In this document: piece by piece, positions 19,901 to 28,913 of the stretch
Layout: each line of letters begins with the position of its first letter
Numbering within the stretch: position 1 is the stretch's first letter
Virus record (IMG/VR): IMGVR_UViG_2772190613_000004
DNA length: 64,000 bases
Source: a virus
Direction: 5' to 3' (one strand)
The notes under the pieces: model-generated
Told to the model about the DNA's origin: nothing
What the model saw: only the letters and a program-made list of their open reading frames with translations
Database searches by the model: none
Translations under genes and position numbers: made by a program

Positions 19901-22314
19901 TTCAGGTTGTACAGCCACGCCGGGCCCAGGGCACGCATGGCCTCCGGGATGATGACGCCCTCACCGCCGGACATCGGCACCAGCATGTTGTCCACGCCCG
20001 GCGAATAGCCAGGCAGCACACCACCATCGGCGCGACCGCCCTTCGGGACCGTGGTGTCCCCAGGGAAGGCCGGAATGAAGCCTGGGGTGCGGAGCTGCGA
20101 CGGGTCGATCGGGTTGCCGTTCGGATCCCGGAACACCACCCGCACGGTGACGTTTCCGTCTGGCAGCTTCTGCACCTCGTAGCCGAGGTCCTTGACCCGC
20201 TGGATCGCCTCGGGGGTGTCCTCTTTGAGCACCACCTGGCCATCGGGCAACGTCTTGATGTCGTTGGCCAGCAGCTCGGTGTTCTTCCGCGCGTTGGCTG
20301 CTTGCTCCGCAATCTGCGCGAATGTCGCGTCCGCATTGGCGGGGTCGACGCCGGGGATCTGAAACTTGCCGTCCTTGACGTCCTGCAGCATCTGGTCGTA
20401 AAGCAGCGACCCTTTCTCAGGCATGCCCAGGTTGGCCGGATCGGAAGCGTTGGGGAGCCGACCCAGATCGGGGTAGAACTTCTGGACGGTGGCCTGGTCC
20501 TTGACCTCCTGCGGCACGTTCGGATCGCCCTGCAACTTCACGTACTCGTTGTCGGACTTGATCTTCTCGACCAGCATGGTGATCGTCGTGAACAGCGCAG
20601 TGAGCCCCAGCGTGACGGGATTGAACGCAGAGGCGAACCCCGTCGCCGAACCCTTTGCCTTGCCCGGCATTCCGTCGAGCAGGCCACCCATGTTGGTCAA
20701 ATGGCCGATCACATCGGTGATGCCGGTGATGGTCTTCCACGCCAGGAACGCCGTTACAACACCAGTCACTCCACCGGGCATCGCGGCAATGACGTCCGTC
20801 ACGGTCTTGAGGATCGGCAGCAACACATCCGCCCACTGCTTCACACCGTTGTAGACGTCGACCACGCTGGACGCGATATTCTTGAGAATCTCGATCCACC
20901 TGCTCAGCTGCTCTTTGCCCTCACGGAAGAACTCAGTGAGCTTGGTCTGCCCCTCGGTGCTGGTCAGGAACGCGTGCAGGTTTGTGGTGGCGTCCTCCAG
21001 CCACTTCAAGAATCCGCCGTCACCACCGGCCGCGGTGGTGAGGTCATTGAGGATCTTGCCGATGTTCAGGAACGTCTCACCGAGGTGGCCGGCGGCGTCG
21101 ATGCCCTCGTTGATCCACTTGTCGAGGTTGCCGTTTTCGACCGACTTGGTGATCCAATTGTCGAACCGGGTGGTGAGGCCCTTGAACCCATCAGCGAGAC
21201 GCGGCAGGAAATCGCTCGACTCCGACGTGAGTGTGCCGATCGCGTGGATCAGTGGTTCGATCGCCGCGTTGGCGCGGGTCTGCGCCTCCGCGGTGTTGCC
21301 GAACAACTTGTCCAGGAACGACTGTGTGGTGTCCAGGCCACCGACGCGGCCCAGTTCCTTGAACGTGCCGTTCCACGCCTTCGAGATGCCGCCGAGACCC
21401 TTCTCCAAGGTAGGCATCGACTTATTCGTCAGGTCCGTGATGGTCTGATCGATGCCCTCGAACATGTTCTGCTGCACGATGTCGCGCTGCAGATGCTCGA
21501 CCTGCGGCCGGACCGCCACGATGGCCTGGACGGTCGCCTTCGCGGAGTCGGCGAGGTCCTTTTGCGCCTCGACGGCCTTCAGGAGGTCTTTCGGGTCGCC
21601 TGACTTGGCTGCTTCCCAGGCGGCCGAGATCGCATCGGACATGCCCAAGAAACCAAGCTTCGCGGTGCCGACGGACGACACGATGCCACCGATCACGCCG
21701 GGCACCAGGCCGCCGACCTGGATGAGCTGCTGGATCGCGCCCGTGAGGTTCACGACCGCAGTCGCTGCGGCAGGGAAGCTACCGACCCCGAGCGCGATGG
21801 AGTTCAAACCCAATGGGCTGGTGAGGAATCCACCGAGACCACCACGACCGCCACCACCGCTGCGGCCGCGGGAACCTCCCCCGCCACCACCGCCGCCTGG
21901 TGTCCGGGGCGGCGGAGGTGGTGCCGTAGGCTTCGGCGCCGCAGCAGCCGCGGCCTGAGCCGCAGCCAGCCGAGACCACGCCGCGGCCTGCTTATCCACT
22001 GCACGGGTGACGGCGTTGATCTGCCGAGTCGTCATCGTCGCCGACGCCTTGGCCTTCGCTGCCGTCTTGGTGTGCTCGTCGCCGACGTGCTCGACAGCTT
22101 CGGCCACAGCCTCGTTCGCTGCGGTCTGCTTGGCGGCACCCTTCTCGGTTTCCCGCGTCAGGTGCTGCTCCGCGCGTTCGACCGCTTCGAGCCGGCGCTG
22201 GATGTCCGCCAGGACCGGCGCCAACGCGCTCTGGATCTCGCGCAGCGTCTCAGCCGGTATCGCTGACCCGTCGATCTTCAGGTCAAGCTTGATCGATCCG
22301 ACGGGCGTGGTCAC
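16921..22314 (-). CDS. tape measure protein
   Basis: 1797 aa, helical and Ala/Gly-rich; embedded DCSG..HMA peptidase motif. Confidence 0.95.
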   Translation of the reverse strand: MTTPVGSIKLDLKIDGSAIPAETLREIQSALAPVLADIQRRLEAVERAEQHLTRETEKGAAKQTAANEAVAEAVEHVGDEHTKTAAKAKASATMTTRQINAVTRAVDKQAAAWSRLAAAQAAAAAAPKPTAPPPPPRTPGGGGGGGGSRGRSGGGGRGGLGGFLTSPLGLNSIALGVGSFPAAATAVVNLTGAIQQLIQVGGLVPGVIGGIVSSVGTAKLGFLGMSDAISAAWEAAKSGDPKDLLKAVEAQKDLADSAKATVQAIVAVRPQVEHLQRDIVQQNMFEGIDQTITDLTNKSMPTLEKGLGGISKAWNGTFKELGRVGGLDTTQSFLDKLFGNTAEAQTRANAAIEPLIHAIGTLTSESSDFLPRLADGFKGLTTRFDNWITKSVENGNLDKWINEGIDAAGHLGETFLNIGKILNDLTTAAGGDGGFLKWLEDATTNLHAFLTSTEGQTKLTEFFREGKEQLSRWIEILKNIASSVVDVYNGVKQWADVLLPILKTVTDVIAAMPGGVTGVVTAFLAWKTITGITDVIGHLTNMGGLLDGMPGKAKGSATGFASAFNPVTLGLTALFTTITMLVEKIKSDNEYVKLQGDPNVPQEVKDQATVQKFYPDLGRLPNASDPANLGMPEKGSLLYDQMLQDVKDGKFQIPGVDPANADATFAQIAEQAANARKNTELLANDIKTLPDGQVVLKEDTPEAIQRVKDLGYEVQKLPDGNVTVRVVFRDPNGNPIDPSQLRTPGFIPAFPGDTTVPKGGRADGGVLPGYSPGVDNMLVPMSGGEGVIIPEAMRALGPAWLYNLNSSFRNGISRSGYADGGVVGGMPGLPEDTTVLGLLTQIRDLLAGKGGTASNPLAATAANTSNMSTAVDKAGATGQQLGPFGTPIKPRHRGYEAAAAAIQALGGDPEKWLGADPATLTVAQGGILPNPIMTAAGLPGGGADFAKYAAVLSAFARSGNLGSDLTSLGLDANDPVVKAITTARNKKKGALGGDAIADLVTQVVGGGGYTGTLDSSNSSLISSLQTFRDKLAKGPGRSTSARGGYANVAGPTGVPMSGLPMDAVSAFAQQTSGGQYSWGASDLAKGLSDCSGAVSDLVELITKGQAGPERLFSTADAASVLKSLGATPGLIPGTLQIGFNSGHMAATLPNGVNFESGGGTGQGATYGGNAVGAGDKQFTEHWSLPVNGAVPMGLSTAGLGGAGGVVPVYVTNFDGKMTGLGGSILDALGQGGGQAAANVTGDAMSAVAGLGQEPWNTKNATYAELNKLVRERNPLALAKALGLNVEDFTRQGGDGGDVMKNDGPAFDSTGRVFSDTSSLLDRTFSNLNAQLVAMREQLVGVIEQTNKKLNDEALEPIVKTGVQNALEGLKDSVSAAIGTAMGQAAAPPIADAVRSAIPSNSTGTSLAADAVNGVQAAAGKATGGPIWGGVPGKDSVPIMAMPGEHMLTVDDVNAMGGHAGVYAFRRALHNAPGFATGGGVIVNDTVGAEFFGVSQVPILGAIVNLLVRVLLQVLGVQIEARDTLNEMTDEFRKFRGDFQAFDASGRLLNDTSALMDRSQSSEEIAAQERIRILKIVIQALIKYIIEKVIVPLSKAVANAAINAGASAAGAAVNSQAPGAGSVVSSLISSAGSAGVDIAAEVGTDLALAISEQLINITAESLQSSFPGVMTGIFGGAMMENLIAAPITAALAMPLAMIGALTGGLSGLFAPLAAIVGGASFDNGGVANGVGMMPKATIRPERVLNPEQTALFARMVSALERNGGGGQSGQTLVQAQIHVDGGPEAGRRVRDSLLELMS

Positions 22315-22339
22315 CGGGCCAAGCTAGCGAGACAGGGTG

Positions 22340-22891
22340 CTACGCCTTGGTTTTGCCGCTCTGCACCGCGAGGAGCGCCTCAGCGTCGCGGGTGGCGCGA
22401 TCCCCACCGATCTTGGCGATGATCCGCAGCAGGTCACCCCATACACCGATCTCCACAGCCGCGTACTCTTCGTCGTCCGGGTCCGACATGCGCTCGAGCA
22501 CTCGCTCGATGCTCTCCTGGGAGATGTGGCGCTTCACGAACTTCTGTGTGAGGTCGGCCTGGAATTCGGGGCTGCACTGCTGGCCCGCTTGGAACAGTGC
22601 GGTGAGCGCGTTCTGGTGGGGGACGCGGATCGCGAGCTTGTCGCCCTTGTAGTCGAGCCAGTCGTACTTCCATTCGGACTGGTGCACCCACTTCTCATCG
22701 GCAGCGGGTTCGTCGTCGGCCACGACGACTTCGGCGTCGTGAATCGCATCATCGTCGTCGCGCACCACCGCCAGCGAATCCGACTCCACAACTTCGGGTT
22801 CGACGACGACGGCCGCGTCCGGCTCGACGACAGGCGGTTCAGGGACAGCGGGGCTGGTCAGTTCAGTTCCATCCGAGGCGAAAGTAGACAT
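22340..22891 (-). CDS. tail assembly chaperone (G-like)
   Basis: Directly upstream of the tape measure gene; acidic; start placed by the promoter motif. Confidence 0.7.
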   Translation of the reverse strand: MSTFASDGTELTSPAVPEPPVVEPDAAVVVEPEVVESDSLAVVRDDDDAIHDAEVVVADDEPAADEKWVHQSEWKYDWLDYKGDKLAIRVPHQNALTALFQAGQQCSPEFQADLTQKFVKRHISQESIERVLERMSDPDDEEYAAVEIGVWGDLLRIIAKIGGDRATRDAEALLAVQSGKTKA

Positions 22892-22928
22892 GCCGAGCAT
22901 GGTGCTAATCCCCGGTGCAAACCACCGG

Positions 22929-23333
22929 TCAGCGTTCGCGGGATGCGATGCGCAGACCCGCATTACGCAGGAACGGCCGTGCCTTCGTGCCCGGGTGCCG
23001 CACCAGCTTCGCGAACACCGTGCGACCACCGATCTGGAATCGCAACGCCTGCGCGTTGCGGGGCCGGATCAGGTGCGGCCGACTGCCCTCGTGAACCGGG
23101 GCCGCGTACTTCGCCAGCGCGTGGACGCTGCCCTCCACGGTGCGCGGCCCGGTGAAACGGATCTGCCCCTCACCGATCGACTGCCCAAGGTGCCCGGTGT
23201 CGACCGGGACGTCAGCGCGCGCCTGATTGGCGATACGCCGCTGCAGCGACGCCATACGGCGCCGCTCGAACGTCCGCACCTGGTCGTTGAGCTCGCGTTC
23301 GTCGAGTTCGACGTGCGCTCTAACCATCGCCAT
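22929..23333 (-). CDS. HK97 gp10-like tail completion protein
   Basis: PVDTGHL, YAAPVHEG, HPGTKARPFL. Confidence 0.85.
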   Translation of the reverse strand: MAMVRAHVELDERELNDQVRTFERRRMASLQRRIANQARADVPVDTGHLGQSIGEGQIRFTGPRTVEGSVHALAKYAAPVHEGSRPHLIRPRNAQALRFQIGGRTVFAKLVRHPGTKARPFLRNAGLRIASRER

Positions 23334-23673
23334 TTGCCTGCTGCCAGATCTCACGCAGCTCGTCGCGGGACTTGCCCTCGGTCACCCCGAGGCCCTGGCT
23401 GGCGATGAACTCGGCCCAGTCCTCGCGGCTGGCATTACCTGCCGGCACCGGGTACCCGGGGACCTCGCGCACCTCGGCGACCTCGCCGACGGCGTCGTCG
23501 CTGTCACCGTAGGCCACAGTGTCGGGCTCATCGAGGCTGCCGGCCACCACGATGGCGCCGCCGATGGCCACGAGCTTGCGGATGTCCTCGGTCACCTCGA
23601 CGGTGCGCCGCACACCGCGGGGCAGCCAATCAGTCGGGGTAAAACTGCCTTCGATAGTCACGTGATGCGCCAC
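23320..23673 (-). CDS. virion morphogenesis protein
   Basis: GAGG RBS; PAGNASREDWAEF..SRDEL C-terminal motif. Confidence 0.7.
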   Translation of the reverse strand: MAHHVTIEGSFTPTDWLPRGVRRTVEVTEDIRKLVAIGGAIVVAGSLDEPDTVAYGDSDDAVGEVAEVREVPGYPVPAGNASREDWAEFIASQGLGVTEGKSRDELREIWQQANGDG

Positions 23674-23686
23674 AGCACAACCTCTC

Positions 23687-24217
23687 TCAGAGTTGGACGT
23701 AGGCCATTCCGGTCCACGCGATGATGCCGCCGGCCGGCCCGTACGGCGCCACGGTATCGGTGGCCACTGCACGGTCCGGGCCGCGTAGACGGCGAGTGAC
23801 GGCCTGCAACGTCTGTTCGATGCGCCACGAGTCGTCGAGGCTCATGATTGCCTCGTTGTCGAGGGTGTCCCAGTCGGGTTCGGCGTCCATCGTGGTGCAG
23901 CGGCCGACGCCGATCTCCACGGCCAGCACGCGGATCGGCTGGACCGTGCAGTCAGCGGTGTTCCCTGTGAATGGATCCGGGAACGTCCGGGGCAGTGAGT
24001 GGTACCGGTGCGCGGCCCGCACCCATAGGAACGGTGCATCGCAGTCGTCGCCAGCGTTCCACGCGGGGAGCGCGCCGTCGCCGGCGAAGAACCGCACCGT
24101 GATGCTGCCGCCGCCGTCGGGTGGGCACGGTCCCGCTGGGTCGAACCCCTGCCGCAATCCCTTGGCGAAGGCGGCGATGACCTCCACTGCCGGGTCGACA
24201 CACTGCGGTCTGCTCAC
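23687..24217 (-). CDS. tail terminator-like protein
   Basis: PFLWVR, EIGVGRC, PYGPAGGIIAW; GTGA overlap. Confidence 0.7.
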   Translation of the reverse strand: MSRPQCVDPAVEVIAAFAKGLRQGFDPAGPCPPDGGGSITVRFFAGDGALPAWNAGDDCDAPFLWVRAAHRYHSLPRTFPDPFTGNTADCTVQPIRVLAVEIGVGRCTTMDAEPDWDTLDNEAIMSLDDSWRIEQTLQAVTRRLRGPDRAVATDTVAPYGPAGGIIAWTGMAYVQL

Positions 24218-24972
24218 AGCACCTCCGGGGCCTCGGCCAGACGGTTCGGGTTCACCGCGGCCAACCACAGGTCGACCTCGGCCAGACCGGTCTTGCCGTT
24301 GGCGTAGATGTCGCGCGGGTCGTACACCTCGTAGGTGACCCCTTGCCGCGCCACATTGCGAACATTGCGGGGCAGTCGGCATTTCCCGCCACCGCAGGCC
24401 GCCAGGAATTCTTTGGCCAACAGGCCACCGAGGCGGTCGACACCCGCCGGGACGGGGTTGCCGCGCGTGTAGGTCACCGACCACGTGCTGGACTCACCCA
24501 GCGGTCGGCCGAGGTCTTGACGTGGCCACGGTGTGCCCTTGCGGTACAGGACGTTTCCCTCCAGCTGGTACTCGCTGAGGTCGAGTGTCACGCCGTCGAT
24601 GGTCACCGCGGTGATCTCGTCGACCGGTCCGGGTAGGTGCACCACGCGGGGCCCGCTGAGTGTGCAGCTTCCGACGCAGCCGCACGGCCAGTTGAACCAA
24701 TGGCCCTCGTCGAGGGTCAGGACGAACGGTGCCGCCCAGGGCATTTCGTAGCCGGCCAGGCTCACGTTGGTCGGGCAGGGCCGCACGGTCGTTTCCCAAG
24801 TGCCGAACTGCCGTCCGGACAACGCCCACAGCACCTGCACTGCGAGATCCTCGGCGCCGTTGCGTTGCGCCAGCGCGACGTCGTAAGCGGCCTGCTCGTC
24901 GGCGGTCGGAGTGTCCGGCAGCACCGGAAGCTCCGGCAAGCATTCTCGCGCGATTGGCCAGACGAAGGACAT
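24214..24972 (-). CDS. head-to-tail adaptor
   Basis: LWALSGRQFG, TVRPC, CRLP, RQGV, TGLAEVDLW..NP. Confidence 0.85.
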   Translation of the reverse strand: MSFVWPIARECLPELPVLPDTPTADEQAAYDVALAQRNGAEDLAVQVLWALSGRQFGTWETTVRPCPTNVSLAGYEMPWAAPFVLTLDEGHWFNWPCGCVGSCTLSGPRVVHLPGPVDEITAVTIDGVTLDLSEYQLEGNVLYRKGTPWPRQDLGRPLGESSTWSVTYTRGNPVPAGVDRLGGLLAKEFLAACGGGKCRLPRNVRNVARQGVTYEVYDPRDIYANGKTGLAEVDLWLAAVNPNRLAEAPEVL

Positions 24973-24973
24973 G

Positions 24974-26452
24974 TCAGTAGCCAGCCGTGTTCGCGATGGT
25001 CCCTGCCCACTTGGCCGCCGCCGCGTCGTACCGGTACGTGCACACGTGGGTCTTGCCTGCAACCGTGGTGGTGAGCAGTGTTCCGACGAAACTGGCTCCG
25101 TGCGCGATGGCCTGCGCGGTGCCGTTGTCCTTGAACCGAATCGTCAGCTCTTGTCCATCCCGCGGGGTTCCGGTGACCGTGATGCCGGTTATCGGCACGG
25201 CCTGTGCGGTGATGTTCAGCTGATCGGTGGTGTCGCAGTTGATCGACGGGGTGGCGCTGGAGGCGATGGACGCGGTGCGCTGCGCGCGGGTTGCTATCTC
25301 GTCATGGAAGATCGCCGCGTCGGTGGAGTCCCCGCCGGTCCGGCGTGCCGTGACCTGGCCCAGGTCCATGTGGTTGATCAGCGCGGAACTGTTGGTGGCC
25401 GTACCGAAGTCGATGGCAGGGCGTGACGGGGTGGTGCGGGTGTTGGAGTTGTCGACCCAGTTGTTGACGACCAGTCTCGACGTGCCGAACATGCGGAACA
25501 CCGGATTCGACGCTGACCCCGAGAACGTGTTGAAACGCGCCGTCCCGGAGTTGATCACGGCCCGCGAATTCGACAGGTACAGCAGGGCCGCGCCGTTGAA
25601 GCTCGAGGTGATCTTCTCGAAATGCAGATCGTTGACCACCAGGTTGTTTACTCGGATCAGACCGAAAACGTCTGTGGTGTTGACGGTTCCATGCTCGATG
25701 TTCAGCTGATTGAACACCACCTCGTCCCAGTCGCGCAGCAGAACTGCATACGACGAGCACGCGGTGCCGTCGGAGGTGTTGTTGATGTAGACGTTCTGGA
25801 AGACGCAACCGGTCGCGTAGGCGCCGACGTCGTTGCCGCCGGTGAGGCTGATCGCCGAAATGCTGTAGCTGGGAATGTCGATGCCGAAGAACATGCACGA
25901 AAACAGGCCCGCCACTGTCGCGATGTCCGGGTTCATCGCCAACGCGGTGGCGCAGTTCACGAACCGCAGATCGCGGAACTCGCTGGCGAAGCACGAGCCG
26001 ACGGTGTCGTCTCCGAATGCCATGCCGATCGCGGAGGTCTGGACACTGGTCTGCTGTGAGGTGTACCGGAACCCGAGACCGCGGATCAGTTGGTGCTGGC
26101 CAGCCACCTTCACGATCGGAATGTTGTTGGTGCCCTGTAGGATCTGCGACTGGCGGGAGCCATCACCGATGACGACCAGGTCGTTGACCATCCAGTCCAG
26201 CGTGCTGGTGACCTTGTAGGTGCCCTTCGGGATGTAGAGCGGCAGACCCGCCGCCACCGCTGCCGACTTGGCGTTGTTCAGCGCCGTGGTGTCGTCTGCG
26301 GTGCCGTCACCCTTCGCCCCATACGCCCGGTCCTTGACGTTGACGAACGACGTCAGCGCCACAACGCCTTGCTCGATCCGATTCAGCTCCGCAGCAGTGA
26401 TCGGTGTCGACCTGTCAGGGATGTCATGCCAAGTCTTCGGGGTGAAAGTCAC
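24974..26452 (-). CDS. beta-helix (pectate lyase-like) virion protein, putative depolymerase
   Basis: VNVKD..YGAKGDGTADDT..YIPKGTY; N-terminal WHDIP..TPITAAELNRIEQGV. Confidence 0.85.
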   Translation of the reverse strand: MTFTPKTWHDIPDRSTPITAAELNRIEQGVVALTSFVNVKDRAYGAKGDGTADDTTALNNAKSAAVAAGLPLYIPKGTYKVTSTLDWMVNDLVVIGDGSRQSQILQGTNNIPIVKVAGQHQLIRGLGFRYTSQQTSVQTSAIGMAFGDDTVGSCFASEFRDLRFVNCATALAMNPDIATVAGLFSCMFFGIDIPSYSISAISLTGGNDVGAYATGCVFQNVYINNTSDGTACSSYAVLLRDWDEVVFNQLNIEHGTVNTTDVFGLIRVNNLVVNDLHFEKITSSFNGAALLYLSNSRAVINSGTARFNTFSGSASNPVFRMFGTSRLVVNNWVDNSNTRTTPSRPAIDFGTATNSSALINHMDLGQVTARRTGGDSTDAAIFHDEIATRAQRTASIASSATPSINCDTTDQLNITAQAVPITGITVTGTPRDGQELTIRFKDNGTAQAIAHGASFVGTLLTTTVAGKTHVCTYRYDAAAAKWAGTIANTAGY

Positions 26453-26479
26453 GCGGCGCTCCGATCAACCATGGGGAAG

Positions 26480-26535
26480 GTGAAAGACCCTGGGCGGGTG
26501 GCACCCCCCAAGCTGTGAGTGCCACCCACGACCAG
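26480..26535 (-). terminator. hairpin after the major tail gene
   Basis: GGGTGGCAC/GTGCCACCC stem followed by GTCTTTC. Confidence 0.55.
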
Positions 26536-26541
26536 AACTGC

Positions 26542-27609
26542 CTACAGGGGCGTGACGGTCACAGTGCCGCCGGTCAGGCCCGTGCTGTCCGCGGTCAGCG
26601 CAGGCAGCGACGGATCCAGCGTGACGGTGTAGTTCCCCGCAGTACCGACCACCTGCACCTGGCCCACCTCGACGTTGGACAGTGCCTCGATCGCCGACTG
26701 CACAGCGGAGGCCAGTGCCGTGTGCGCGATGTTCGCCGACGGGACGGTGCCGACCTTCGCCTGCCAGTTGCCGGTGCCGCTGACCGCGACGGTGTACTTC
26801 TTGCCGTTGCAGATCGGCTGCGGCGGAGCGACATCCGCGGCCGGCTCGGACGCCGGGCCACCGAAGTAGTAGTTTGGCGCCGCGAACACCGACGAGATGT
26901 TCAGCTCGCACGCACCATCGGTCGGCTTGGGCGGCTCGACGGGGGTGCGGAAGAACAGCAGGTGGTTGTCGTCTTCCTTGCTGTACGCCGGCACCAGCAG
27001 ACGACCCGGCGTACCGGAGCTGTCGATAGCGGCGACGTTGTAGGGGCCGCGGCCCCAGTTCTTCGGCGCGATGGTCCGACCGGTCAGGGTGAACGTAGAC
27101 ACCTGGGCACCGACGGGGATAGCTCCCGACACGAACTCGGAGCCGGCGAAAGCCAGGTAGCCGTACTGCTTTCCAGTCGACGCCGCGGTGAAGATCGAAT
27201 CGTCGGTCGGGGCCGGGCAGTCGTCGTCGCCCTCACCGCCGGTCCAGATCTCGAACATGACACCGGTGTCTGCGTCGACGGACTTGCGGTCGCGGACACC
27301 GATCGGGTTGCCGTCGTAGTCGAGGATCCGGGCCCAGGACAGCATCATCGACCACAGGTCCGGGTCGACGCCACAGAGCTGCAGTTCGGTGTTCCACCAA
27401 CGACGCTCGGGCGGGGTGCGGTCGGACACGCATTCCTTGCCGGCCGCGTTTTCCTGCGTCAGCTCGTTGGCGTCCTTCATGTTCGGGTCCAGGTTGGCCT
27501 GGATGAACCCGTCGGTGACGATGCGATTCGCGAGGCCGGGCAGCGGGGTGCCGCAGCGGTCCACCTTGGTCGCGCGAAGTGAGAGTCCTTTTACGACTGC
27601 GAATGCCAT
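26542..27609 (-). CDS. major tail protein with C-terminal accessory domain
   Basis: RATKVDRCG, NAAGKECV, LCGVDP, WGRGPYNV; AGGAGG RBS. Confidence 0.9.
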   Translation of the reverse strand: MAFAVVKGLSLRATKVDRCGTPLPGLANRIVTDGFIQANLDPNMKDANELTQENAAGKECVSDRTPPERRWWNTELQLCGVDPDLWSMMLSWARILDYDGNPIGVRDRKSVDADTGVMFEIWTGGEGDDDCPAPTDDSIFTAASTGKQYGYLAFAGSEFVSGAIPVGAQVSTFTLTGRTIAPKNWGRGPYNVAAIDSSGTPGRLLVPAYSKEDDNHLLFFRTPVEPPKPTDGACELNISSVFAAPNYYFGGPASEPAADVAPPQPICNGKKYTVAVSGTGNWQAKVGTVPSANIAHTALASAVQSAIEALSNVEVGQVQVVGTAGNYTVTLDPSLPALTADSTGLTGGTVTVTPL

Positions 27610-27741
27610 GAGCTGGCCTTCCTCCTGCTATCAGGCGCTTCGCGCCGGTCGGTATCCGAGGCTGCGCCGAACAGTAAGAGCAGTGGGTGCACCAGCAATC
27701 CGAGCGGAACCATCCACGCTGGCGCTGCGTCTAAACCGGTT

Positions 27742-27906
27742 GTGAGAGCACTCCACGCCATCGAGGCCGAACTGCGCGTCCTGGCTACCTACCGGGCACT
27801 GTGCGCCGAGTCCGGCCGACCTGTTCGGTCGACAACCGTGCCAGACCAACTGCTCGACGAACGTGCTGCTGTCACAGCGGATCCTCACCGGGATGTACCC
27901 GCTTGA
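27742..27906 (+). CDS. 54-aa antisense small protein
   Basis: MRALHAIEAELRVLATYR..DQLLDER; fills the gap; absent from the ORF track. Confidence 0.6.
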   Translation: MRALHAIEAELRVLATYRALCAESGRPVRSTTVPDQLLDERAAVTADPHRDVPA

Positions 27907-28300
27907 TGAACCCGTTGACGCCGGCCTTGAATTCACGCAGGTTGGTGCGGTCGTCGCGCAGTTCGCCACGGAGGCCGCCGACATCGTCACGCACGGCGCC
28001 GACGTCCTCGCGGAGACCGCTGATGTCGCGGCCGTGCGCGAGCTGTCGCCGGCTCATTTCGGTGATATGGGCTTCCATGCGGTCGAGCTGGTCCCGCAGA
28101 TTCTCTTCGTCAGGATGATCGTTCTTCACCTGGTACCGGACGACGTCGGTGTTGGCCTTGACGTCGCTCAGCACCTCGCGGTCCTCGTCGCGGCGTTTGA
28201 TACCGCGGCGCTGGCCAATGATCATGATCACCAGATTGGTCACAAGGCCTGCTAGCACAGCGAGGAATGCCCAGGCGTTGTCGATCTCACCCCAGTTCAC
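27872..28300 (-). CDS. DUF2746-like membrane/coiled-coil protein (holin-associated)
   Basis: N-terminal TM, QVKNDH..NLRDQLD. Confidence 0.8.
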   Translation of the reverse strand: MNWGEIDNAWAFLAVLAGLVTNLVIMIIGQRRGIKRRDEDREVLSDVKANTDVVRYQVKNDHPDEENLRDQLDRMEAHITEMSRRQLAHGRDISGLREDVGAVRDDVGGLRGELRDDRTNLREFKAGVNGFIKRVHPGEDPL

Positions 28301-28515
28301 AGCTCGTCAACCGCGTCGATAAGCGGCGCGTTCTTCGTTAGAAACACACCTATCGCGGCGACGAACGCTATGCCGCTGGCGATAGGCCCCGCCCACCCCG
28401 CCGGAATCCACGTGGTGAAGACGTCGACCGCGGATGTGGCCAGTGTGCCTACCACGCCAACACCGGCGACGGCGGCCTTGCGGATTTGGCTGGGCTTGTA
28501 CTTGCCGATCCGCAT
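28297..28515 (-). CDS. holin
   Basis: 72 aa, two TM helices, RKAAVAG..IGVF pattern. Confidence 0.75.
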   Translation of the reverse strand: MRIGKYKPSQIRKAAVAGVGVVGTLATSAVDVFTTWIPAGWAGPIASGIAFVAAIGVFLTKNAPLIDAVDEL

Positions 28516-28518
28516 GCG

Positions 28519-28911
28519 CTACTTCGCTTCCTGGATCGCGGCGAGCACCTCAGCCTTGTTCGACAGCTTGCTGGTGTCGATGCCGTGCGCCGCGGCGTAG
28601 GCGTCCAACTGTGGCCGCTTCCAGTCGTCGTCTGGCTCACCGTCGGGCCACGCCTTCTGTAGGACGTCGTCGTCATCGTCCCCAACGATCGTGTCCTGCA
28701 CATCGGCTTCGTCGAGCAGTCCGGCCTCGCGGGCGTTGCCCTCCGGCACCACATACACGGCGCGCGGCCCCGACCGGGTCAGCTTCTCGATCGCATCGGG
28801 AGGTGTCCCGATCTCGAACAGCTTCGCCAGCGCCGGGCCCCGCTTGGCCTTGTCGACGAAATCGATCGTGGCGAAGCCATTCTCAACCACAACCAGCACA
28901 CCAGCAGGCAT
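28519..28911 (-). CDS. virion/head-module protein
   Basis: MPAGV..VPEGNAREAGL; C-terminal WPDGEP..LDAYA..KAEVL. Confidence 0.75.
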   Translation of the reverse strand: MPAGVLVVVENGFATIDFVDKAKRGPALAKLFEIGTPPDAIEKLTRSGPRAVYVVPEGNAREAGLLDEADVQDTIVGDDDDDVLQKAWPDGEPDDDWKRPQLDAYAAAHGIDTSKLSNKAEVLAAIQEAK

Positions 28912-28913
28912 GA

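Noticed and set aside
19639-21603. Long + strand ORFs (also 30423-32015, 34554-36005, 38510-40294, 1193-2230)
   Set aside because: High-GC shadow frames antisense to clear genes, with no motifs
22315-22400. Programmed frameshift in the tail chaperone
   Set aside because: No canonical slippery heptamer and no room for a T ORF before TMP
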